Of a stretch of DNA of 64,000 nucleotides, positions 39,936-51,317 are shown piece after piece. Position 1 is the first letter of the stretch; every line of letters starts with the position of its first letter. The notes under the pieces were generated by a model, which made no database searches, was not told the DNA's origin, and saw only the letters and a program-made list of their open reading frames with translations. The stretch spans positions 178,904 through 242,903 of the forward strand of contig NZ_BPLZ01000002.1 of the NCBI RefSeq assembly GCF_019656335.1, read 5' to 3'. The DNA is from Pseudomonas sp. NCCP-436 (lineage in GTDB: Bacteria > Pseudomonadota > Gammaproteobacteria > Pseudomonadales > Pseudomonadaceae). The position numbers and the translations under genes are program-made.

Positions 39936-40475
39936 ATGGCCCTGCCGTCGACCACCTACAAGATCGAAATGAATCTCACGGACATGGATCGCAGCGTTTA
40001 TGAAAACCTGCGGTTCACTGTCGCCCGTCACCCGTCCGAGACCGAAGAGCGTCTGGCTGTGAGGTTGATCGCCTACGCGCTGTTTTACGACGAGCTATTG
40101 GCCTTTGGTCGCGGTCTGTCGGATGTGGACGAGCCGGCACTGTGGCAGAAGAGCCTTGATGATCGGGTTCTACACTGGATCGAGGTGGGCCAGCCGGACA
40201 GCGAGCGCATCACCTGGTGCAGTCGCCGCGCCGAGCGCTTCAGCCTGGTGGCTTACGGCAATCTGCGGGTCTGGCAGGGAAAATGCCTCGAGCCGGTACG
40301 CAACCTGAAAAACATCAACGTGGTGGCTCTGGGGCAGGAGGCGTTGACCGATCTGGCGCAAGATCTGCCTCGCTCGCTGTCCTGGAGCGTGATGATCAGC
40401 GATGGCGAACTGTTCGTCACCGACGAGCGTGGACAGCACGAGATTCCGCTGGAGTGGCTGGTCGGCGAACGCTGA
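39936..40475 (+). CDS. yaeQ: YaeQ family protein
   Basis: MALPSTTYKIEMNLTDMDRSVYE... is the characteristic YaeQ N-terminus. Confidence 0.85.
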   Translation: MALPSTTYKIEMNLTDMDRSVYENLRFTVARHPSETEERLAVRLIAYALFYDELLAFGRGLSDVDEPALWQKSLDDRVLHWIEVGQPDSERITWCSRRAERFSLVAYGNLRVWQGKCLEPVRNLKNINVVALGQEALTDLAQDLPRSLSWSVMISDGELFVTDERGQHEIPLEWLVGER

Positions 40476-40546
40476 AGCCGGGCTACGGTTCGGTTCCCTC
40501 TCCCCTAGGGGGAGACAAACCCCGTCTCACCTGAAATAGACCCAAG

Positions 40547-42256
40547 ATGCGCATCGAAGCCCGACCCTTACCTTCCCAGTTGCCTGATCTGGGCAATCTG
40601 CCGCCGCTGCTCACCCGTCTCTACGCCGCCCGTGGCGTGCAGTCCGCCGAGGAGCTGGACAAGGGCCTGGCGCGGCTGATTCCCTACCAGCAGCTCAAGG
40701 GCATCGACGCTGCCGTCGAGCTGTTGGTCGAGGCGCTTGCGCAGCGCCAGTGCATCCTGATCGTCGGCGACTTCGATGCCGATGGCGCCACCGCCAGCAC
40801 GGTCGGCGTGCTTGGCCTGCGTCTGCTCGGCGCCGCGCATGTGGACTACCTGGTGCCGAACCGTTTCGAGTATGGCTACGGCCTGACCCCGGAAATCGTC
40901 GCCGTGGCGCTGCAGCGCAAGCCCGACCTGCTGCTGACCGTAGACAACGGCATCTCCAGCGTCGACGGCGTGGCCGCAGCCAAGGCCGCCGGGCTCAAGG
41001 TGCTGGTCACCGACCACCACCTGCCGGGGCCGGAACTGCCCGCAGCTGACGCCATCGTCAATCCCAACCAGCCGGGTTGCGCCTTCCCGAGCAAGGCCAT
41101 GGCCGGCGTCGGGGTGATGTTCTACGTGCTGCTGGCGTTGCGCGCGCGTCTGCGTGAAAACGGCTGGTTTGCCAGCCGTGGGGAGCCGAACCTGGGCGAG
41201 TTGCTCGACTTGGTGGCGCTTGGCAGTGTGGCCGATGTGGTGCCGTTGGATGCCAACAACCGCATCCTGGTGCACCAGGGGCTGGCACGCATTCGCGCAG
41301 GTCGGGCACGGCCAGGACTGCGGGCGATTCTCGAAGTGGCCGGGCGCGATCATAGGCGCATTACTTCCACCGACCTGGGTTTTATTCTTGGCCCACGGCT
41401 GAACGCGGCCGGGCGCCTGGACGACATGAGTCTGGGGATCGAATGCCTGCTCTGTGACGACGAGGCGCTGGCCCGCGACATGGCGGTACAGCTCGACCAG
41501 CTCAACCAGGATCGCAAGGCCATCGAGCAGGGTATGCAGCGCGAGGCGCTGGCGCAGCTCAAGGATTTGGCTCTGGACGATATGCCGTTCGGTCTGTGCC
41601 TGTTCGAGCCGGACTGGCATCAGGGGGTGATCGGCATCCTCGCTTCGCGGCTGAAGGAGCGCTATCACCGCCCGGCCATCGCCTTTGCCGATGCAGGGGA
41701 GGGCATGCTCAAGGGCTCGGCGCGTTCGGTGCCGGGGCTGCATATCCGTGACGCGCTGGACGCCGTGGCGGCGCGCCATCCGGGGCTGATCAGCAAGTTT
41801 GGCGGGCATGCCATGGCCGCTGGACTGTCGCTGCCGCAGGCTAATTTCGGCGCGTTCGCGGCCGCCTTCGATGCCGAGGTGCGTCGCCAGCTCAGCGAGG
41901 ACGACCTGACCGGTCGACTGCTGTCTGACGGACAACTGGCAGCCCACGAGTTCCACCTGGAACTGGCGCGCGCCTTGCGCAACGCCGGCCCCTGGGGCCA
42001 GCACTTCCCCGAGCCGCTGTTCCATGGTGTGTTCCAGATCGTGGGGCAGCGCATCGTAGGTGAGCGCCATCTGAAACTGGTGCTCAAAACCGAGTGCGGC
42101 AGCATGCAGCTCGACGGCATCGCCTTCAACGTGGATCGCGACGTCTGGCCCAACCCCACGCTGCGCTGGGCTGAACTGGCCTACAAGCTCGATCTCAACG
42201 AGTTCCGTGGTGTCGAGAGCGTGCAGTTGTTGGTGGTACATATCGCGCCGCGCTGA
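40547..42256 (+). CDS. recJ: Single-stranded-DNA-specific exonuclease RecJ
   Basis: DHH motifs (VGDFDADGATA, DHH) and a DHHA1 domain. Confidence 0.96.
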   Translation: MRIEARPLPSQLPDLGNLPPLLTRLYAARGVQSAEELDKGLARLIPYQQLKGIDAAVELLVEALAQRQCILIVGDFDADGATASTVGVLGLRLLGAAHVDYLVPNRFEYGYGLTPEIVAVALQRKPDLLLTVDNGISSVDGVAAAKAAGLKVLVTDHHLPGPELPAADAIVNPNQPGCAFPSKAMAGVGVMFYVLLALRARLRENGWFASRGEPNLGELLDLVALGSVADVVPLDANNRILVHQGLARIRAGRARPGLRAILEVAGRDHRRITSTDLGFILGPRLNAAGRLDDMSLGIECLLCDDEALARDMAVQLDQLNQDRKAIEQGMQREALAQLKDLALDDMPFGLCLFEPDWHQGVIGILASRLKERYHRPAIAFADAGEGMLKGSARSVPGLHIRDALDAVAARHPGLISKFGGHAMAAGLSLPQANFGAFAAAFDAEVRRQLSEDDLTGRLLSDGQLAAHEFHLELARALRNAGPWGQHFPEPLFHGVFQIVGQRIVGERHLKLVLKTECGSMQLDGIAFNVDRDVWPNPTLRWAELAYKLDLNEFRGVESVQLLVVHIAPR

Positions 42257-42355
42257 TGTCGGCAGGGCGACGGTAATATCCGGAAGCACTCCGACGGCTG
42301 TCCGCAGTGACGCCCAGGCCTACACTCAGCAGGATTTTCTTGCGGAGAATGTGTG

Positions 42356-43078
42356 ATGAATACCCGTGGACTGCTCGACCAATTGCTCAAGTCCGGACAG
42401 GATCTGTTGCAGCAAAAGGGTGGCTCTGGTGTTTCCTCCGGTTTCGGTGAGGCGCTCGGCAGCTTGCTCGGCAGTGGCGGCAGCAAGCCCGCAGGTTCTG
42501 GCGGCGACCTCGGGTCGTTGCTCAAGGGGGCTGGTGGTGGCGCTGCGCTGGCCATGCTGCTGGGCAACAAGCGGGTGCGCAAGGCTGGCGGCAAGTTGGC
42601 GGTCTATGGCGGTCTGGCCGCGCTCGGTGTGCTTGCCTACAAGGCCTACGGCAACTGGCAGGCGCAGCAGGGACAGGCACAATCGATCGAGCCGCGTACG
42701 CTTGATCGCCTGCCGGCGCCACAGGTCGAGCAACATAGCCGCGCTATTCTCAAGGCGCTGGTAGCGGCGGCCAAGGCTGATGGTCATGTGGACGAGCGCG
42801 AGCGGCAGTTGATCGAGCAGGAACTGGCCCGGCTGGAGCCGGACGCCGAGCTGCAGGCCTGGCTGCACACTGAGCTGAACACGCCGCTGGATCCGCAGTC
42901 CGTAGCCAAAGAGGCTGTTACGCCGGAGATGGCGGCGGAAATGTACCTGGCCAGTGTGCTGGTGGTGGACGAGCAGCACTTCATGGAGCGGGCCTATCTG
43001 GATGAGCTGGCGCGCCAACTGCAATTGGCGCCGGAGCTGCAGCGCGAGCTGGAGGCTCAGGCAGGTATCAGCCGTTGA
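42356..43078 (+). CDS. DUF533 (YebE/TerB-like) inner-membrane protein
   Basis: Gly-rich N-terminus, a transmembrane segment, and C-terminal TerB-like helices. Confidence 0.7.
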   Translation: MNTRGLLDQLLKSGQDLLQQKGGSGVSSGFGEALGSLLGSGGSKPAGSGGDLGSLLKGAGGGAALAMLLGNKRVRKAGGKLAVYGGLAALGVLAYKAYGNWQAQQGQAQSIEPRTLDRLPAPQVEQHSRAILKALVAAAKADGHVDERERQLIEQELARLEPDAELQAWLHTELNTPLDPQSVAKEAVTPEMAAEMYLASVLVVDEQHFMERAYLDELARQLQLAPELQRELEAQAGISR

Positions 43079-43079
43079 G

Positions 43080-44846
43080 TCAGTCGGCGTGCCGGATACT
43101 GTCCGGCCTGGCATGACTGCCATGGTCATTCAGGTAGGCATCCACCGCCGCCCCTACAGTTGGCTGGAAGTGTTGCTCTCGGGCCGGATCTAGCAGACCG
43201 AAGCGGCGCATCTTGTCCTTCACCGGGCTTTTCACTTCGGCAAAGTGCAGTTCGATTCCGGCCTGCGTCAGCAGTCGTTCCAGTTCCGTGAGCATATCTG
43301 CGGAGGTTACGTCGATGCTGGTAACCGGCTCGGCAGCAACCACTACCCTGTGCACCGGCGTCGGTGCGCAGGCTATAGCCTGTAGCAGACTCTGCTGGAA
43401 TAGCTCGGCATTGGCGAAGAACAGCGGTGCATCCCAGCGAAACAGTAGCAGGCCGGGAATCTGCTGCGCTCCCGGGTTACGCTCGATGTCGTGAAAGCCG
43501 CGCACGCCGTCGACCTGGCCGAGAACGGCGTAGTAGGGGCGCCAGGCATCCCAGAGAAACTCGATGATCGCCAGCAGCACGGCCAGCCCGATGCCCGGGA
43601 TCACGCCAAAGGCCAGTACGCCGATGAAACAGGCTATGGACAGCCAGAACTCCCACTGCTGGATGCGGAAGATGCGGCGCAGATCCGTGACCACGAACAG
43701 GCCCATGACGGCGGCTATCACCACGGCGGCCAGCGCACTGGTGGGCAGGTATTGCATCAGATCCGGCGCCAGAACCAGCAGCAGGGTAACGCACAGGGCG
43801 CCGACCACGCCGGTCAGTTGGGTCCTGGCGCCAGCTGCCTCGGCTACTGGCGTGCGCGACGAACTGCTGCTGACCGGAAAACCCTGGAACAGTCCGCCGG
43901 CCAGGTTGGCGGCGCCAAGCGCGATCAACTCCTGATTCGGGTCAACAGGGCGACCGGTACGCGCGGCATAGGTGCGCGATAGCACGCTGGTGTCGGCGAA
44001 GGCCACCAGCGCTACGGCGACGCCGCCCAGCACCACGCTGGCCAGATCAATGCCGCTGAGCCAGGGCAGGGTCAGGCTGGGCAGTCCCTGCGGCAGCTCG
44101 CCAAGTATCTGTACGCCGCGGGTATCGAGATCAAGCAGGGCGACAAGCAGAGTCGCCAGGGTCACCGCGATGAGGATGACCGGCAGTTGGCGGAAGCGCT
44201 GGAGCAGCAGGATCAACGTCAGTGTCCCGGTCCCAACGGCCAGACTATAGGGATTGATCAGCCCGGCGAGCGAGGCTTTGGTGATGACGTAGAGGTCTTG
44301 TACGGGGTTCTGGCTGTCGATGGAAAAGCCCAGCAGCCGTGGCAGCTGGCTGATCAGTACGCTGAGGGCGATGCCATTCATGTAGCCATAGCGGATCGGC
44401 TTGGACAGCAGTTCGGTGACAAAGCCCAGGCGCAGCAGACCGGCGATTATGCAGGTCAATCCTGCTACCAGTGCCATCATGCTGGCCAGGGTGATGGCCC
44501 GCATTGGGTCGCCTCTGGACAGAGGCAGTACCACGGCAAGTATCAGGGCGGCCAGGGCTGAGTCCGGGCCTAGCACGAGGATGCGGCTGGGGCCGAACAG
44601 GGCATAGGCCAGCAGCGGCACTATGGTTGCGTACAGGCCGTAGATTCCTGGCACCCCGGAGGCTTCGGCATAGGCGATACCTACCGGCACCAGCATGCTG
44701 GTCAGTACCAGGCCGGCAGCGATGTCTTTTGGCAGCCAGCTCATGCGGTATTCGCGCAGGACTTGCAGGCCGGGGAGCCAGCGTCGCCAGCTACTCTGCC
44801 GTGGTGACAGGACCTGACGGGAAAATGGCTGTGGAGAAGATGGCAT
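43080..44846 (-). CDS. SulP-family anion transporter with a C-terminal STAS domain
   Basis: [11 protein letters not shown]...IAGL N-terminus, about 11 transmembrane helices, and a STAS domain. Start chosen at MPSS (44846). Confidence 0.88.
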   Translation of the reverse strand: MPSSPQPFSRQVLSPRQSSWRRWLPGLQVLREYRMSWLPKDIAAGLVLTSMLVPVGIAYAEASGVPGIYGLYATIVPLLAYALFGPSRILVLGPDSALAALILAVVLPLSRGDPMRAITLASMMALVAGLTCIIAGLLRLGFVTELLSKPIRYGYMNGIALSVLISQLPRLLGFSIDSQNPVQDLYVITKASLAGLINPYSLAVGTGTLTLILLLQRFRQLPVILIAVTLATLLVALLDLDTRGVQILGELPQGLPSLTLPWLSGIDLASVVLGGVAVALVAFADTSVLSRTYAARTGRPVDPNQELIALGAANLAGGLFQGFPVSSSSSRTPVAEAAGARTQLTGVVGALCVTLLLVLAPDLMQYLPTSALAAVVIAAVMGLFVVTDLRRIFRIQQWEFWLSIACFIGVLAFGVIPGIGLAVLLAIIEFLWDAWRPYYAVLGQVDGVRGFHDIERNPGAQQIPGLLLFRWDAPLFFANAELFQQSLLQAIACAPTPVHRVVVAAEPVTSIDVTSADMLTELERLLTQAGIELHFAEVKSPVKDKMRRFGLLDPAREQHFQPTVGAAVDAYLNDHGSHARPDSIRHAD

Positions 44847-45037
44847 GTGCAAAGGATTCGGCAAGACGTATGGCAAGTAAAGCGCATAACGCCAGCCGAT
44901 CACCAGCGAGAGGATCCGGCTGGCATGCCGCCGGTCAATAGAATTGCCGGTGCAGACTATCGACGGGCTGCCAGAGTATTTGGGGTCAGGTATAATCCGG
45001 GGCTTTTCCGTCCGATTTGCCACGAGCGCGACCAACC

Positions 45038-46133
45038 ATGGAAATCAACCCGATCCTCAACGCCATCAAGGACCTTTCCGAGCGCACCCAGACTATTCGG
45101 GGGTATCTTTGACTACGATCAAAAGCATGATCGGCTGGTCGAAGTAAACCGCGAGCTCGAAGATCCGAGCATCTGGAACAATCCCGAATATGCGCAGAAC
45201 CTCGGGCGCGAGCGTGCCATGCTGGCACAAATCGTCGAGACCATCGACGACCTCAGCAGTAGCCTGAGCGATTCCCGCGATCTGCTGGACATGGCCGTCG
45301 AAGAGAATGACGAGACCGCCGTGGCCGATGTGGCCAGCGAAGTAGAGCGCTTGCGCGAAATCCTTGAGAAGCTTGAGTTCCGCCGAATGTTCAGCGGTGA
45401 GATGGACCCGAACAACTGCTATCTGGATATCCAAGCGGGTTCCGGTGGCACCGAGGCGCAGGACTGGGCCAACATTCTGCTGCGCATGTACCTGCGCTGG
45501 GCTGACAAACGCGGCTTCTCGGCCGAAATCGTCGAGCTGTCCGAAGGCGAGGTGGCCGGCATCAAGGGCGCAACCGTACATATCAAGGGTGAGTACGCCT
45601 TTGGCTGGCTGCGTACCGAGAGTGGCGTGCACCGTCTGGTGCGCAAGAGCCCGTTCGACTCCGGCAACCGTCGTCATACCTCGTTCACTGCGGTATTCGT
45701 ATCGCCGGAAATTGACGACAACATCGAGATCGAGATCAACCCGGCGGATCTGCGTATCGACACCTACCGCTCTTCCGGTGCCGGTGGCCAGCACGTCAAC
45801 ACCACCGACTCGGCCGTGCGTATCACCCACGTGCCGACCAATACCGTGGTGGCCTGCCAGAACGAGCGTTCCCAGCACGCCAACAAGGACACCGCCATGA
45901 AGATGCTGCGGGCCAAGCTGTACGAGATGGAGATGCAGAAGCGCACGGCAGCTTCCCAGGCCCTGGAAGACTCCAAGTCCGATATCGGCTGGGGCCATCA
46001 GATCCGCTCTTACGTGCTGGATCAGTCGCGGATCAAGGATCTGCGTACCGGTGTGGAGCGCAGTGACTGCGACAAGGTGCTCGACGGCGATCTGGACGAG
46101 TACCTCGAGGCCAGCCTCAAGCAGGGGCTTTGA
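45038..46133 (+). CDS. prfB: Peptide chain release factor 2, with programmed +1 ribosomal frameshift (join 45038..45109, 45111..46133)
   Basis: Frame 0 reads [24 protein letters not shown] then TGA. The +1 frame continues DYDQKHDRL... through the GGQ and SPF motifs. Shift site cgggggtatctttgac. Confidence 0.95.
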
Positions 46134-46281
46134 ACCGGCGCGGCGTAGTCCGCTGCCCCGATCGCTCAGGGCTTTGCCGTTGCAGGCCCGGAGCCGTGCC
46201 CGAAGTGGAGGCTGTTCGTCCTGCTTCGGGCCATCAATTTGCAACAGGCGATGAATCGCCTTACCAGGAACTCCCGCAATC

Positions 46282-47784
46282 ATGAGTGACCAACAACTCG
46301 ACTCCCTCGAACTGCAACAGGAAGAAAACAAGCTGATTGCCCAGCGCAAGGAAAAGCTTGCCGCCATCCGTAAGCAGGGCATTGCCTTCCCCAACGACTT
46401 CCGCCGCGATAGCCTGTGTGGCGAGCTGCAGAAGAAGTACGAAGGCAAGAGCAAGGAAGAGCTGGAGGCCGCAGCCATTCCGGTCAAGATTGCCGGGCGC
46501 ATCATGCTCAACCGTGGGGCCTTCATGGTGCTGCAGGACACCAGCGGCCGTTTGCAGGTCTATGTGGATCGCAAAGGCCTGCCGGCGGAAACCCTCGAAG
46601 CCATCAAAACCTGGGATCTGGGCGACATCATCGCTGCCGAAGGCACTCTGGCCCGCTCCGGCAAGGGCGACCTGTACGTACACATGAGCAATGTACGACT
46701 GCTGACCAAGTCGCTGCGCCCACTGCCGGACAAGCACCACGGCCTGACCGATACCGAGCAGCGCTACCGTCAGCGTTACGTCGACCTGATCGTCAACGAG
46801 GAAACCCGTCACACCTTCCGCGTGCGTTCGCAGGTGATCGCGCATATCCGTCGTTTCCTCAACGAGCGCGGCTTCCTCGAAGTGGAAACCCCGATGCTGC
46901 AGACCATCCCCGGTGGCGCCGCGGCCAAGCCGTTCGAGACGCACCACAATGCGCTGGACATGGCCATGTTCCTGCGTATCGCCCCGGAGCTGTACCTCAA
47001 GCGCCTGGTGGTCGGTGGCTTCGAGAAGGTCTTCGAGATCAACCGCAACTTCCGCAACGAAGGGGTCTCGACCCGGCACAATCCCGAGTTCACCATGCTC
47101 GAGTTCTACCAGGCCTACGCAGACTATCGCGACAACATGGATCTGACCGAAGAACTGTTCCGCGAGCTGGCCATGACGGTGCTGGGCACTACCGACGTGC
47201 CGTATGGCGACAAGGTGTTCCACTTCGGCGAGCCGTTCGCACGTCTGTCGGTGTACGACTCGATCCTCAAGTACAACCCGGACATTACCGAAGCCGATCT
47301 CAACGACATCGACCGAGCCCGCGAGATCGCCAGGAAAGCCGGCGCCAAGGTGCTCGGCCATGAGGGACTGGGTAAACTGCAGGTGATGATTTTCGAGGAG
47401 CTGGTCGAGCACAAGCTGGAACAGCCGCACTTCATTACCGAATATCCCTTTGAAGTATCGCCGCTGGCGCGTCGCAATGACGACAACCCGAACGTTACTG
47501 ACCGCTTCGAGCTGTTTATCGGCGGGCGTGAGATCGCCAACGCCTACTCCGAGCTTAATGATGCCGAGGATCAGGCCGAGCGCTTCCTCGCTCAGGTGGC
47601 CGAGAAGGACGCCGGTGACGACGAGGCCATGCACTATGACGCCGACTTCGTCCGTGCGCTGGAGTACGGCATGCCGCCGACCGCCGGCGAAGGCATCGGT
47701 ATCGACCGCCTGGTCATGCTGCTGACCAACTCGCCGTCGATCCGCGATGTCATCCTGTTCCCGCACATGCGTCCGCAGGCCTGA
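46282..47784 (+). CDS. lysS: Lysine--tRNA ligase
   Basis: Class II aaRS motifs. prfB-lysS operon context. Confidence 0.97.
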   Translation: MSDQQLDSLELQQEENKLIAQRKEKLAAIRKQGIAFPNDFRRDSLCGELQKKYEGKSKEELEAAAIPVKIAGRIMLNRGAFMVLQDTSGRLQVYVDRKGLPAETLEAIKTWDLGDIIAAEGTLARSGKGDLYVHMSNVRLLTKSLRPLPDKHHGLTDTEQRYRQRYVDLIVNEETRHTFRVRSQVIAHIRRFLNERGFLEVETPMLQTIPGGAAAKPFETHHNALDMAMFLRIAPELYLKRLVVGGFEKVFEINRNFRNEGVSTRHNPEFTMLEFYQAYADYRDNMDLTEELFRELAMTVLGTTDVPYGDKVFHFGEPFARLSVYDSILKYNPDITEADLNDIDRAREIARKAGAKVLGHEGLGKLQVMIFEELVEHKLEQPHFITEYPFEVSPLARRNDDNPNVTDRFELFIGGREIANAYSELNDAEDQAERFLAQVAEKDAGDDEAMHYDADFVRALEYGMPPTAGEGIGIDRLVMLLTNSPSIRDVILFPHMRPQA

Positions 47785-47910
47785 TGGCCTGCCATGGGCC
47801 GTCCGATGGCGGCTCGTGGTAGCTATCCATCCGGCACTGAGTGATAGTTGGGGAAGGGGCGAAGCATAACGCTCGCTGGTCATCTTCAGAACGTAGAGGA
47901 TCGAGTCATC

Positions 47911-48624
47911 GTGAGTTCCACGTCTTTGTCCCCGAATGCCGCCGAAGCGGCTTACGCGGTCGCCGAAAGAGTCCATTACCAGGGACGCAAGACCAGTCGT
48001 CAGGGCAGTGAACAGCGTCGTCAGACGATTCTTGAGGCGGTCATGCGCATCATCGTACGTGATGGTGTGCGTGCCGTACGCCACCGCGCGGTGGCTGCCG
48101 AAGCCCAGGTGCCGCTGTCGGCGACCACCTATTACTTCAAGGATATCGATGACCTGATCACCGATACCTTCGCTCTGTTCGTCGAGCGCAGTGCTGCACA
48201 GATGGCATCTTTCTGGGCCGGTATCGAGGAGAGTGTGGCTCAGATGGTCAGTCGCCTGGACGGTAGCGAACAGGCCCGTCGGCAGTTGGCCGACGAACTG
48301 GCCGCAATGGCGGTGAAGTATGTGCAGCACCAATTGCGTGAGCGTCGTGACCATCTGATCGTCGAGCAGGCTTTCCAGCAGGAGGCGCTGCTCAATCCGC
48401 GTCTGCGCGATCTGGTTCGGGCGCACCGGCGTATCCTGCAGCAGGGAGTGACTCACTTCTTTGAAGTACTCGGTTCACGCCAGCCGGAGCAGGATGCGGT
48501 GTTGTTGACGGCCACCATCGTACGAGTGGAGTATCAAGGCCTACTCGATGGCCCTGAACAACTGGACAGCGAAGGAATGCTGGCCATCCTTAAACGCTAC
48601 ATGAACCTGGTTCTTGGCTTTTGA
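47911..48624 (+). CDS. TetR-family transcriptional regulator
   Basis: N-terminal helix-turn-helix (RAVRHRAVAAEAQVPLSATTYYF). GTG start with a GAGGA ribosome-binding site. Confidence 0.75.
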   Translation: MSSTSLSPNAAEAAYAVAERVHYQGRKTSRQGSEQRRQTILEAVMRIIVRDGVRAVRHRAVAAEAQVPLSATTYYFKDIDDLITDTFALFVERSAAQMASFWAGIEESVAQMVSRLDGSEQARRQLADELAAMAVKYVQHQLRERRDHLIVEQAFQQEALLNPRLRDLVRAHRRILQQGVTHFFEVLGSRQPEQDAVLLTATIVRVEYQGLLDGPEQLDSEGMLAILKRYMNLVLGF

Positions 48625-48661
48625 AGCCGAGCCGGTCGGCGTTATTCACAAGGAGAGCGAA

Positions 48662-49222
48662 ATGAAAGTCTGGCGCATACTGGTTGCCTTGTCCTGCCTG
48701 CTACTGGGAGGCTGCCTGGTTACTTTCAAGGAGCCTATCCCGGCCAATGAGGCGGCTCCCATAGCGCTGCTGGGCGAGTGGACTCAACTGGATGAATGGG
48801 GCGACCGGTTATTCCTGGAAATCACCCGGGCCGGCGCCAATCTCTACCAGGCACGACTGAGTGAAGGCAGCACCGACAGTGCAGCAAGTCTGGAGACTTT
48901 CGGTTTCACAGTTTCCCATCATGGCCGCCGCTGGTATCTGTCAGCCGGTTTGCCGAAAAGCGTCGGTGCCAACTTTGCCATCGCCGGATTCGAGCTGACC
49001 CGCAATAACGAGCTGGTGATCTACAACCTGGATGTCGCACGGATTCAGCAGGACATGCAGCGTGGTCTGCTGGAAGGGCAGACGGTGACCATGCCGGAGG
49101 CCGATGGCGTGCTGATCACCAGCCCGCTGGACAAGGTGTTTGGCTACCTTGATGATCCGGCCAATGCCGGCTTGTTCGTCGAAGTGGCGCGCTATCAGCG
49201 AGTCGAGCTACAGGAACCCTGA
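48662..49222 (+). CDS. Lipoprotein of unknown function
   Basis: LLGGC lipobox. GGAGAG ribosome-binding site. Confidence 0.7.
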   Translation: MKVWRILVALSCLLLGGCLVTFKEPIPANEAAPIALLGEWTQLDEWGDRLFLEITRAGANLYQARLSEGSTDSAASLETFGFTVSHHGRRWYLSAGLPKSVGANFAIAGFELTRNNELVIYNLDVARIQQDMQRGLLEGQTVTMPEADGVLITSPLDKVFGYLDDPANAGLFVEVARYQRVELQEP

Positions 49223-50511
49223 TGAACGAAGCACTTGAGCTGGACGACTATCAGCGCTGCATCCGCAGCCTTTCCGACCGCATCGTCGAGGCACAGACGC
49301 CGATTCGCGTACTTGATGCGGTAAAGTGGGACGACTCCATCCGTGAGGATTTTCTCAAGGCCAAGGGCAAGGCCCTGCCGGCCGTCGACCGTGACTATTA
49401 CCGGGGCCGGCCGTTGGCATTCGATGCCGCTGCGAAGAAACTGGAGTTCCAGAATATCGAGCGCGATATCACCCGCCAGTTGGGCCAGTTCAATCCGGTT
49501 GGACAGATCATGCGGCGCATGTGCAAGGAGTACCGCATGGTGATCCGCATGCTCGAGGCACGCGGAACCGAGGATTTCGGACTGATCTCGCAGGAGCTTT
49601 ACGGCGCCGCTTCCGACGCCTTTCATGCCGGCGATCCAACCCTGGCGGATCTTGGTCTGATGCTGTCGGATTACCTCAACAACATCGCCGCCCGTGGCGA
49701 TCTGGAAGACGAGCCGAAGACACTGGCTGCTGGCGATGCCGTGGATATTCTGCAGCAGCGCCTTGCCGAAGTGTTTGGTGACGACACCATTCGCGTGTTC
49801 GAGTCCGATGGCATCCTCGCCGATGCTGCAGCTGGTGCCGACTACATCAAGATCCGCAGCGATGCGCGTTTCAACGCTCGTGATGTCAAGGCACTGGAGG
49901 TTCACGAAGGGCTGGTGCATGTCGGCACCACGCTCAATGGCCTGAACCAGCCGATCTGCACCTTCCTGGCCAAGGGCCCACCTTCGTCGACGGTGACCCA
50001 GGAGGGGCTGGCGATTCTGATGGAGGTTATCGCTTTCGCGTCCTACCCGACCCGCCTGCGCAAGCTGACCAACCGCACCCGGGCCATTCATATGGCCGAG
50101 GAGGGTGCTGATTTTCTCGAGGTGTTCGCCTTCTTCCGCGAGCAGGGCTACGACATGGCTTCCAGCTACAGCAATGCCGGCCGGGTATTCCGTGGATCCC
50201 TGCCGAACGGTCTGCCGTTCACCAAGGATCTGTCGTATCTCAAGGGTTTCATCCTGATTTACAACTACATCCAGCTGGCGGTGCGCAAGGGCAAGCTGGA
50301 GCAGATTCCGCTGCTGTTTTGCGGCAAGACCACGCTGGAGGACATGCGTACCCTGCGCAAACTGGTGGACGAAGGTCTGGTGCTGCCGCCCAAATACCTG
50401 CCGCCGCAGTTCCAGGATATGAATGCGCTGTCGGCGTGGATGTGCTTTTCCAACTTCCTCAACCATCTGAGTCTGGACCGCATCGAGGCGGATTACGCCA
50501 ATATTCTCTAG
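49222..50511 (+). CDS. Flavohemoglobin expression-modulating QEGLA-motif protein (DUF1704)
   Basis: QEGLA motif present (TVTQEGLAILMEV). The ATG overlaps the upstream TGA by 1 nt. Confidence 0.8.
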   Translation: MNEALELDDYQRCIRSLSDRIVEAQTPIRVLDAVKWDDSIREDFLKAKGKALPAVDRDYYRGRPLAFDAAAKKLEFQNIERDITRQLGQFNPVGQIMRRMCKEYRMVIRMLEARGTEDFGLISQELYGAASDAFHAGDPTLADLGLMLSDYLNNIAARGDLEDEPKTLAAGDAVDILQQRLAEVFGDDTIRVFESDGILADAAAGADYIKIRSDARFNARDVKALEVHEGLVHVGTTLNGLNQPICTFLAKGPPSSTVTQEGLAILMEVIAFASYPTRLRKLTNRTRAIHMAEEGADFLEVFAFFREQGYDMASSYSNAGRVFRGSLPNGLPFTKDLSYLKGFILIYNYIQLAVRKGKLEQIPLLFCGKTTLEDMRTLRKLVDEGLVLPPKYLPPQFQDMNALSAWMCFSNFLNHLSLDRIEADYANIL

Positions 50512-50569
50512 AGGCTTCAGATTCCTTCAGCCGCACCCCGGATGAAATCCGGGAACCGGAGACCTGTAC

Positions 50570-51316
50570 GTGTCCTCTCATCAACTGGAGTACGAAATCC
50601 TCGGCGCATCAGCGCAATTGGTGGAGATCATTCTCGATCCCGGCGAGACGGTGATCGCCGAAGCCGGTGCGATGAACTACATGACCGACGGCATACGCTT
50701 CGAAACGCGCATGGGCGACGGTTCGACCAGCGGCCTGCTGGGCAAGCTGTGGAGCGCCGGCAAGCGCATGCTCACCGGCGAGTCGCTGTTCATGACGCAT
50801 TTCAGCAATGCTGGTAGTGTCCAGGCGCGGGTAGCTTTCGCCGCGCCTTATCCGGGCACCGTGGTGCCCATCGACCTGGCCACGATCGGCGGGCGGTTGA
50901 TCTGCCAGAAGGATGCCTTTCTCTGTGCTTCTTACGGTACCAGCATCGGCATCAGCTTTGCCAAGCGTTTGGGCGCCGGTTTCTTTGGTGGCGAAGGCTT
51001 TATCCTGCAGAAACTCGAAGGCGATGGCTTGGCGTTTGTGCATGCCGGCGGCGCCGTGATCCGCAAGGAACTGAACAATGAAACCCTGCGTCTGGACACC
51101 GGTTGCCTGGTTGCCTTTACCTCGGGCATCGATTACGACATCGCGCTGGCGGTAGGGCTGAAGACCATGTTGTTTGGTGGTGAAGGTATTCTCCTGACCA
51201 CACTTAGGGGAACCGGCAGCGTATGGATCCAGAGTCTGCCTTTCTCGCGTCTGGCCGGACGTATCCAGGTCGCAGTCGGGCAGGCTCGTGAGGAGGTAAG
51301 GGCCGGTGGCAAGTAG
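50570..51316 (+). CDS. AIM24 / TIGR00266-family protein
   Basis: Family-typical sequence. GTG start with a GGAGA ribosome-binding site. Confidence 0.75.
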   Translation: MSSHQLEYEILGASAQLVEIILDPGETVIAEAGAMNYMTDGIRFETRMGDGSTSGLLGKLWSAGKRMLTGESLFMTHFSNAGSVQARVAFAAPYPGTVVPIDLATIGGRLICQKDAFLCASYGTSIGISFAKRLGAGFFGGEGFILQKLEGDGLAFVHAGGAVIRKELNNETLRLDTGCLVAFTSGIDYDIALAVGLKTMLFGGEGILLTTLRGTGSVWIQSLPFSRLAGRIQVAVGQAREEVRAGGK

Positions 51317-51317
51317 C

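Noticed and set aside
40499-40515. Palindrome TCTCCCC-TAG-GGGGAGA between yaeQ and recJ
   Set aside because: It is a short GC hairpin without a U-tract. It could be a weak terminator or by chance, and is not distinctive enough to call.
40568-42289. 573-aa minus ORF opposite recJ
   Set aside because: Antisense to recJ.
46261-48456. 731-aa minus ORF spanning lysS and the TetR gene
   Set aside because: It crosses two unrelated plus-strand genes and the intergenic region. Antisense artefact.
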